A stretch of 64,000 nucleotides of DNA from Octopus sinensis (lineage: Eukaryota), in contig NC_043018.1 of assembly GCF_006345805.1 (NCBI RefSeq), forward strand, positions 21,080,001 through 21,144,000, read 5' to 3'. The position numbers and the translations under genes were made by a program. Positions 60,401 to 64,000 of this stretch are shown here, piece after piece. Under the pieces are notes generated by a model. It made no database searches and was not told the DNA's origin. It was given only the letters and a program-made list of their open reading frames with translations. How positions within the stretch are numbered: the first letter of the stretch is position 1; every line of letters begins with the position of its first letter.

Positions 60401-63118
60401 TTTTAAGTTTTTTTTCTTCTTGCATGCTCTCTGATTCCCCTGAATGCGACTGTTGGAGCTAGGCCCCTTTTGAGATGGTTTTGTAAATAGGTTTGTTTTA
60501 CAGTTCTGTATTTAAGAGATAAGGAATTATGTACAGTATTTACATTATTTACATTTGACTGATATTTGTCCTCATCTTGTTGTTGTTAACACATTTCAGC
60601 TGATATACTTTCCAGCCTTCATCAGGTGTCTTGGAGAAATTTTGAACCTGGGTTTTTGTTCCTAGGGTATTTTTCGATGTTGTTATTATTCAGGTCACTG
60701 CCTGGAATCAAACTTGGAATCTTGGGGTTAGTAGCTATGCCCGTGGGCATAATAATGATAATAAAAATATTGAAAAATACCTCAGGAATGAGAACCCAGG
60801 TTTGAAATTTCCGTCAAATATAAATAATGTAAATAGGTTTGTTTTGTTACCAAGAAAATAGGTGATCCATCATCATCATTTAACATTTATTTTCTATGCT
60901 GGCATGGGTTGGATGATTTGACAGTCTGGCAAAGCCACAGTGCTACACCAGGCTCAGTTTGTTTTGGCATGTTTTCTGTGGCTGGATGTCCTTCCTAAAA
61001 CCAGCCACTTTACAGAATGTATTGGGTGCTTTGTATGTGGCACCAGTGGGGTTGCCAAGTAGCTTGCAAGACAAAGACCTCTTAGCAGAGAGAGAGAGTG
61101 GAACTGAGAGAAGTGGCTGTGAGAGGTTAGAGTAGCATTTCTCAGCTGGGCCTCCCCAGAACCTAGGGTTCCACAAAAGGTTCCTAGGGGTTCTGTGAGA
61201 AAGAGTGAGATAAGCTAATGCTAATTTCATGATCGTAATATTACTATACATGCATGTGGCAGATGCCAGTGCCGTCTGACTGGCATGTGATAAGCACCAA
61301 ACAGTGAAAGGCAGAGTTGCCTATGGCAGGATTTGATCTCAGAACACAGAAAACAACAACAAATACTGTGAAGCATTAAATTCATTGCACTAACAACTCA
61401 GACTAATTTGCTACTTTGTCTAAATACTTTTGATAATAAACCACATACTGGCATTCTGTCGGTTACAATGACAACAGTCCCTGTTGATCCATTCAGCAGA
61501 ACAGCCTGCTCGTGAAACGAACAAATTTACATGCAAGTGGCTGAGCGCTCCACAGACATGCATACTCTGAACATAGCTCTTAGACAGATTCAGCATGACA
61601 GAATGTGACAAAACTGGCCCTTTGAATCACAAGTACACCCACGACTTGTTTTTGCCAGCTGAGTGAACTGAAGCAATGTGAAATTAAATGTCTTGCTCAA
61701 AGGCAGAACATGCCACAAGGAATCGAACTCACAACCCTACAATTGTGAGCTGAACGACTAAGCCACAAGATTGTATTAAAATTTGTTGAACACTGGAAAA
61801 GAATTGAGACACATTGGTTCCATATACTCAAAGCTGTTTTTTTTCTTCTTAAATTTAATAAGGAAATCACAGCAAGGGTCGATAAATTAAGTACCAGTTA
61901 CGCACTGGGGTCGATGTGATCGACTTAATTCGTTTGTCTGTCCTTGTTTGTCCCCTCTGTGTTTAGCCCCTTGTGGGTAATAAAGAAACATATGTTAGAA
62001 ATTTTTATCTTCTTTTTCAGTTTGGTGGAAATGATATCCTGCAGGTTTATAATGTTGCACAAGTAAAACATCGCTTGATTACTGGTGGAATGTATATTGT
62101 CAGCACAAAGGTAAAAACCAAAACTATTTAACAGACTTGTTGCTCTTGTCATTAAGACACATCATCTAGATTTTTAGTTTTGCTTTCATTTTCATGTTTA
62201 AATTTTAAACTCTAATATATAACAATTTTATTCTACTTCCTAATTATTTTTTTCAAGTTGTTCTGGAATGATCAAATCATGATCAATATTTAACACCTGC
62301 TTTTCCATGTTTGCATGGATCAGACAGAATATATTGAGGTAAATTTTCTACAGTCAGCAACCCTCACCTGTTTCCACGCAAAGTAGCATGTCCATAGGAA
62401 ATACTATCTCAAGATGAATGAATACCTTTAAATTTTGCATAGCCTAATGTGTTTACATTGAGTATGATACATAAATGGCTATTTTGATCTAATACTGCTT
62501 TTGTTGCATATAATGGATATTTACTCAGCTGGAAAGCTACCTGCAACACCATTGTTTTTCGCAGTGTTCATATATCTCTGTAGTGATGGATTTTGTTGAA
62601 GCATGCTGGCTGTGAGGATATGTTATTGATAACACCTAATGATGCAGAAATCCATTGAACATTCTCATTTGCTGCTGCTGAGACAAGTTCCATCTCCTTG
62701 ATATATACACATTGTTTTTTTTTTTTTTTAAACAGTGCATCCATAGGAGATACCATTTCTGGATGAATACCACTGTAAATTTGCCTTCCAACGGTGTATT
62801 TATATTAAGTATGATACATAAATGGCTATTTTAATCTAATACTGTTTGTTGTGTAGAAGGGGGACACAACACACACAGACATACATATACATTAGTATGT
62901 ATACACACACATACATATAAATACTGAAATGTTGTCTTAAATTTATTGAAGATGAACTACATATATATTTTTATTTTCTTTTGAAGCCTGGAGGTTTTAC
63001 CATTGAGATTACTAATACAAACAGCAACAATGTGATGGTTGGTGTGCGAGTATCTGTAGGCAATATGAGTGTTGAAAGAGCTCCTTCCTACTTGGAAGTA
63101 TTTGGCAGAACAGTGCAA
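981..63118 (+). CDS. UBR4: UBR4 (p600) partial multi-exon CDS, 38 constitutive exons, 5'- and 3'-incomplete
   Basis: Hand-spliced exons total 4370 nt, all GT-AG, phases compatible, no stops. Motifs [27 protein letters not shown] box [41 protein letters not shown] and [13 protein letters not shown] match recalled human UBR4. Confidence 0.97.
1350..1980. repeat. Minisatellite, 91-92 bp unit, about 5 near-perfect plus 2 degenerate copies
   Basis: ctatgatgatag recurs at 1447, 1538, 1629, 1721, 1813. Confidence 0.95.
2003..2125 (+). CDS. UBR4: UBR4 exon 2: ACSFLLSS...EKLNLL
   Basis: ttattcttcag / gtaaga, 41 codons. Confidence 0.88.
2170..2870 (-). mobile_element. Decayed RTE-clade LINE ORF fragment, interrupted by a SINE
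   Basis: Minus translation RLHWYRHVM...VEGNCKRGR resembles the RTE C-terminal RLRWYGHV..RGRP motif. Confidence 0.65.
2391..2774 (-). mobile_element. Young tRNA-derived SINE (head A, tail X) with 12-bp TSD taaacatacatt
   Basis: A box TGGCCCAGTGG and B-box-like GGTTTTGATTCCC on minus; TSD 2379-2390 and 2775-2786. Confidence 0.95.
2880..3192 (+). mobile_element. CR1/L2-type LINE 3' end with (ATT)n tail
   Basis: Translation [18 protein letters not shown] resembles the WN.LP..VV....SFK motif; tandem ATT tail. Confidence 0.65.
3356..3538 (+). CDS. UBR4: UBR4 exon 3: EASVMNYH...[20 protein letters not shown]
   Basis: (ctt)n-cag / gtagtt, 61 codons; resembles human LHTLRWSSRL..WIK. Confidence 0.95.
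3632..3754 (+). CDS. UBR4: UBR4 exon 4: DSLVKQG...FIQEQ
   Basis: ttgtctttcag / gtgatg, 41 codons. Confidence 0.92.
3880..4270 (+). mobile_element. Young tRNA-derived SINE (head A, tail X) with 11-bp TSD atgtgagagat
   Basis: A/B boxes; TSD 3869-3879 and 4271-4281. Confidence 0.95.
4588..4725 (+). CDS. UBR4: UBR4 exon 5: MTSFPAVD...[20 protein letters not shown]
   Basis: tag / gtaagt; resembles human LDAAISKVQVSLDE. Confidence 0.94.
5388..5607 (+). mobile_element. piggyBac-type MITE family 1 (about 220 bp)
   Basis: TTAA|CCCTTTAG...CTAAAGGG|TTAA; sisters at 14808-15040, 25314-25534, 34482-34696(-), about 43246-43462(-), 45020-45238(-). Confidence 0.85.
6274..6544. mobile_element. Fold-back MITE with about 120-nt inverted arms
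   Basis: Ends tgtagtaaagattg / caatctttactaca; inner arms tttagcccc..gtccttata and their complement. Confidence 0.85.
6860..6951 (+). CDS. UBR4: UBR4 exon 6: ADPDPYKS...YTVFVR
   Basis: tag / gtatgt, phase 0 to 2. Confidence 0.9.
7063..7282 (+). CDS. UBR4: UBR4 exon 7: SCILGQ...NEFPTIGAW
   Basis: ttag / gtgagt, phase 2 to 0; resembles human WNN..NEFPNIGSW. Confidence 0.94.
7510..7718 (+). mobile_element. piggyBac-type MITE family 2
   Basis: TTAA|CCCTTT...AAAAGGG|TTAA; sisters at 55274-55498, 55530-55752, degenerate at about 34070-34296 and 34797-35240. Confidence 0.85.
8676..8757 (+). CDS. UBR4: UBR4 exon 8: [27 protein letters not shown]
   Basis: ttttctcctag / gtagga; near-identical to the human motif. 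Confidence 0.96.
9785..9863 (+). CDS. UBR4: UBR4 exon 9: [26 protein letters not shown]
   Basis: AAG acceptor after pyrimidine tract / gtaagt, phase 1 to 2. Confidence 0.9.
10468..10558 (+). CDS. UBR4: UBR4 exon 10: WCPETTG...[16 protein letters not shown]
   Basis: ctctag / gtaggt, phase 2 to 0. Confidence 0.92.
11109..11230 (+). CDS. UBR4: UBR4 exon 11: [10 protein letters not shown]...YTNEL
   Basis: ttttag / gtatgt, phase 0 to 2. Confidence 0.92.
12115..12221 (+). CDS. UBR4: UBR4 exon 12: [16 protein letters not shown]...FYIETG
   Basis: ttttatcag / gtaaaa, phase 2 to 1; human SGLDESILEECLQYLE. Confidence 0.93.
13151..13545 (+). mobile_element. Helitron/Helentron-like non-autonomous element
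   Basis: Starts ACTAGCAGTATCGCCCGGCGTTGCTCGGG, ends CACTTTTATATAT, no TIR; 5' end shared with 29562-29951. Confidence 0.6.
13794..13883 (+). CDS. UBR4: UBR4 exon 13: DLCGLL...[12 protein letters not shown]
   Basis: ttcatttcag / gtgagt; human RVLKFFTKLFQL. Confidence 0.93.
14131..14441 (+). mobile_element. RTE-LINE 3' UTR/tail with (GAT)n end, young copy
   Basis: gtggttggcgttaggaagggcatccag...catggaaagcggacgctaaatgatgatg; about 20 related copies in both orientations across the window. Confidence 0.8.
14600..14721 (+). CDS. UBR4: UBR4 exon 14: AEKNPNDK...[14 protein letters not shown]
   Basis: ttttcag / gtaact, phase 1 to 0. Confidence 0.93.
15049..15263. mobile_element. mariner-type MITE
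   Basis: Imperfect TIRs caagagggtgctgaaaagttcctgg / ccaagaacttttcagtacccactca, TA flanks. Confidence 0.65.
15316..15700 (+). mobile_element. Young tRNA-derived SINE (head A, tail X) with 13-bp TSD taatccctcgact
   Basis: TSD 15303-15315 and 15701-15713. Confidence 0.95.
15930..16009 (+). CDS. UBR4: UBR4 exon 15: [26 protein letters not shown]
   Basis: ttttag / gtaaag, phase 0 to 2; human QENRQLLQLLT. Confidence 0.92.
16188..16487 (+). mobile_element. SINE with head A but a different 3' tail (tail Y), embedded in (TA)n(TG)n
   Basis: First about 170 nt match 3880/15316, then diverges to ...gtcacgtgatcacgtga. Confidence 0.85.
17089..17280 (+). CDS. UBR4: UBR4 exon 16: SPVSEKVA...[23 protein letters not shown]
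   Basis: tttcag / gtaagt; human LASAGQGAGH..AAVDWL. Confidence 0.95.
18669..18732 (+). CDS. UBR4: UBR4 exon 17: [22 protein letters not shown]
   Basis: tttcag / gtaaaa, phase 2 to 0. Confidence 0.92.
19642..19724 (+). CDS. UBR4: UBR4 exon 18: [27 protein letters not shown]
   Basis: tttttgtag / gtaaat, phase 0 to 2. Confidence 0.9.
20700..20960 (-). mobile_element. RTE-LINE reverse transcriptase N-terminal remnant
   Basis: Minus translation [28 protein letters not shown] resembles the GKA.GP.GI RT domain-0 motif. Confidence 0.65.
21108..21156 (+). CDS. UBR4: UBR4 exon 19: [17 protein letters not shown]
   Basis: ttttcttttacag / gtaaga, phase 2 to 0 bridges neighbours. Confidence 0.85.
22679..22744 (+). 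CDS. UBR4: UBR4 exon 20: [22 protein letters not shown]
   Basis: ctttatag / gtatgt; human DSDWVEE..EDSQAEDS. Confidence 0.95.
24321..24356 (+). CDS. UBR4: Candidate alternative cassette exon, 36 nt: [12 protein letters not shown]
   Basis: Long T-rich tract + ttag acceptor, CAG|gtactc donor, multiple of 3, no stop in phase 0; no counterpart in recalled human sequence. Confidence 0.55.
24709..24723 (+). CDS. UBR4: Candidate 15-nt microexon: EGDSC
   Basis: Strong acceptor ctttctctcgcag, donor TGT|gttagt, frame-preserving. Confidence 0.3.
25104..25174 (+). CDS. UBR4: UBR4 exon 21, start of UBR box: [23 protein letters not shown]
   Basis: ttgttccag / gtaggt; nearly identical to human. Confidence 0.97.
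25671..25818 (+). CDS. UBR4: UBR4 exon 22, UBR-box zinc finger core: [27 protein letters not shown]...[14 protein letters not shown]
   Basis: ttctccag / gtaatt; Cys/His pattern intact. Confidence 0.98.
26848..27048 (+). CDS. UBR4: UBR4 exon 23: ALVKRTPQ...LCKQIE
   Basis: tttag / gtaagt, 67 codons; human ALVKRTP. Confidence 0.94.
27436..27636 (+). mobile_element. RTE-LINE 3' tail, near-identical to 14247-14441
   Basis: Two substitutions seen over about 190 nt. Confidence 0.85.
28582..28611 (+). CDS. UBR4: UBR4 exon 24 (30 nt): [10 protein letters not shown]
   Basis: ttttttag / gtaagt; fills the length of recalled human GCREELQNQA. Confidence 0.78.
29055..29453 (-). mobile_element. Abundant octopus-type SINE (ggcgtaggagtggctgtgtggtaag head)
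   Basis: Full-length copy; sisters at 16687-16852 (5' part), 40775-41201(+), about 43190-43790(-), about 63570-63900(+). Confidence 0.85.
29562..29951 (-). mobile_element. Helitron/Helentron-like element, second subfamily
   Basis: Minus 5' end matches 13151ff for about 65 nt; 3' part aagtttcatcagaatcggttgaaa...ccatttatatagagag. Confidence 0.6.
30090..30260 (+). CDS. UBR4: UBR4 exon 25: DSANTVK...[22 protein letters not shown]
   Basis: ttgtag / gtaaat; human AQQALSELHT..TDQLM. Confidence 0.95.
31375..31626 (+). CDS. UBR4: UBR4 exon 26, start of beta-propeller: [17 protein letters not shown]...SSKKKLTLT
   Basis: ctctttgtag / gtaagc, 84 codons, very high similarity to human. Confidence 0.98.
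32306..32480. repeat. (TA)n-anchored interspersed repeat with ACGTTTCGAG motif, possibly Penelope-derived
   Basis: Highly similar second copy at 51262-51447. Confidence 0.6.
35447..36007 (+). mobile_element. Internally deleted mariner with transposase C-terminal remnant
   Basis: TA-flanked TIRs caaggtg..aaaatgttcccagactagtt / aactagtcttggaacctttt..caccttg; [22 protein letters not shown] resembles the YSPDLAP motif. Confidence 0.85.
38729..38743 (+). CDS. UBR4: Candidate 15-nt microexon (VINMM in phase 0) in the large intron
   Basis: tactaat branch-like motif 38689-38695, gtctttgttttcctag acceptor, ATG|gtaagt donor. Confidence 0.4.
39391..39453 (+). CDS. UBR4: Candidate 63-nt cassette ([21 protein letters not shown]) or alternative terminal exon reading to TAA at 39492
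   Basis: poly-T-gcag acceptor, open in phase 0, weak ATG|gtagcc donor. Confidence 0.28.
40775..41201 (+). mobile_element. Abundant octopus-type SINE with internal (TA/TG)n
   Basis: Matches the reverse complement of 29055-29453. Confidence 0.85.
48194..48283 (+). CDS. UBR4: UBR4 exon 27: [30 protein letters not shown]
   Basis: ttttctttag / gtaggt; human RLASAPVPFTVLSLTGNPC. Confidence 0.98.
48438..48530 (+). CDS. UBR4: UBR4 exon 28: [31 protein letters not shown]
   Basis: tttttag / gtaatt. Confidence 0.97.
48860..49200. repeat. About 340-bp (CT)-rich polypyrimidine low-complexity tract
   Basis: Almost exclusively C/T with scattered cact/cgct units. Confidence 0.95.
49376..49435 (+). CDS. 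UBR4: UBR4 exon 29: [20 protein letters not shown]
   Basis: ttcatag / gtctga (weak donor); near-identical to human. Confidence 0.96.
49496..50712 (+). mobile_element. Full-length but decayed mariner transposon
   Basis: TIRs tattgggttggcaagaaagta / tactttcttgctagcta; frameshifted transposase 49681-50636 with [24 protein letters not shown] and a decayed DLAP..YHLFQSL motif. Confidence 0.92.
51843..52067 (+). CDS. UBR4: UBR4 exon 30: [11 protein letters not shown]...[18 protein letters not shown]
   Basis: poly-T-cag / gtagga, 75 codons. Confidence 0.97.
53970..54054 (+). CDS. UBR4: UBR4 exon 31: [28 protein letters not shown]
   Basis: ttttaaag / gtacgt; human [10 protein letters not shown]. 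Confidence 0.96.
55111..55183 (+). CDS. UBR4: UBR4 exon 32: [24 protein letters not shown]
   Basis: tttttcag / gtttgg, phase 1 to 2. Confidence 0.92.
56883..57072 (+). CDS. UBR4: UBR4 exon 33: [11 protein letters not shown]...[12 protein letters not shown]...LPAKAK
   Basis: poly-T-gtag / gtttgt, phase 2 to 0. Confidence 0.95.
58044..58091 (+). CDS. UBR4: UBR4 exon 34: [16 protein letters not shown]
   Basis: tttctag / gtaaga; human IQDMVAIRH. Confidence 0.94.
58260..58413 (+). CDS. UBR4: UBR4 exon 35: [20 protein letters not shown]...KKKICKS
   Basis: tactttcag / gtaatt; motif identical to human. Confidence 0.97.
58685..59065. mobile_element. Tc1/mariner-type MITE, 381 bp
   Basis: TA-flanked TIRs cacttgcgtcagaaattaattagcac / gtgctaattaatttctgacggtagtg. 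Confidence 0.85.
60279..60349 (+). CDS. UBR4: UBR4 exon 36: [24 protein letters not shown]
   Basis: ttttttag / gtttct; human FPIDFFEH. Confidence 0.95.
60588..60630 (-). ncRNA. Degenerate minimal type I hammerhead ribozyme in a Penelope-like repeat
   Basis: Minus strand gacac-CTGATGA-aggctg-gaaagtatat-cagct-GAAA-t-gtgtt: core boxes, stem II and stem I present, stem III missing. Confidence 0.5.
62021..62110 (+). CDS. UBR4: UBR4 exon 37: [30 protein letters not shown]
   Basis: ctttttcag / gtaaaa. Confidence 0.96.
62987..63118 (+). CDS. UBR4: UBR4 exon 38: PGGFTIEIT...[15 protein letters not shown]
   Basis: ttcttttgaag / gtaagg; human [24 protein letters not shown]. Confidence 0.96.
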
Positions 63119-64000
63119 GTAAGGAACAAAGTGTTATTGTTTATTTTGTTTTGATTTCTTTCATATAATTACATAATGTATCTTTTGTCTTTAGCTGGTT
63201 TCAGTCATTGGACTGCGGTCATGCTGCAGAACTGTCAGAACAAGATTATAGTTGAACTAATTGACCCCAGTGATTGTGGTGTTTTTTTTTCTTTTTTAAA
63301 GTCTGATATTATTCTGTCAGTGTCTGTTACCAAGCTGCTACATCAGGGGGGGGGGCATAAACAAACCAACACCAGTTGTTAGGTGCAATGGGTAGGCTGT
63401 CAGAAACAAAGACCCACATTATACAATGGGCTTCCATTACAGTTTCTACCTACCAAATCCGCTCAAGCCACTGGCTTTCCAGACCTCAGTCAAACCATCC
63501 AACCTATGCCACCACGGAAAACGGATGTTATATGATGATGATGATTTGATGACTTTAAAATAATATAGTTTAGCACAAGTGTGGCCGTGTGGTAAAAAGT
63601 TTGTTTCCCATCCACATGGTTCCAGCTTAAGTGTCTTCTGCTATGTAGCCTTGGGCCAACCAAAGCCTTATTAGTGGATTTGGTGTGCGGAAACTGAAAG
63701 AAGCCTGTCTTATATGCGTGTGTGTGTCTTTGTGTCTGCATTTATGTCTCCCGTCACTTAGCAGTTCGGAAAAATAGACCAATAAAGTAAGTACCAGGCT
63801 TAATTGAAAAAAAAAAAGTACTGGGGTCAATTTGACTAAAATTCTTCAAGGTGCTGCCCCAGCATGGCCACAGTCTAATGGTGGAAACAAAAGATAAAAA
63901 GGTGGAATCAGTTATCTCGTTAAGTTTGCTTGGTCTGAAGCATGTCTTGTGTGTTAGCTGTTTCTATGGAATGCATGCTAACCCCAGAATATTTCATAAC

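Overview
AT-rich eukaryotic genomic DNA, almost certainly octopus (coleoid cephalopod), judged from its tRNA-derived SINEs, RTE-LINE 3' tails and piggyBac/mariner MITEs. The whole window lies inside one + strand gene, UBR4 (p600/poe, giant N-recognin E3/E4 ligase). I reconstructed by hand 38 consecutive GT-AG coding exons (981-63118; 4370 nt, about 1456 codons). They splice in phase with no stop and follow my recollection of the human UBR4 sequence, from the ARM region through the UBR-box zinc finger and beta-propeller into the next domain. The gene start and end lie outside the window. Nearly all ORFs in the supplied track are repeat or low-complexity artefacts. The most interesting non-obvious signals are: (1) two frame-preserving candidate cassette exons (36 nt and 15 nt) in the acidic linker just before the UBR box; (2) a 16.6-kb outlier intron holding a 15-nt microexon candidate with consensus splice signals, plus further cryptic, terminal or poison exon candidates; (3) a young inverted SINE pair flanking a phase-0 two-exon block (circRNA/ADAR geometry); (4) a decayed Penelope-type minimal hammerhead ribozyme; (5) modular head/tail swapping among SINEs. 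No database searches or computations were run. Homology statements come from recall, and the alternative-exon calls are hypotheses. I found no supportable wholly new system.
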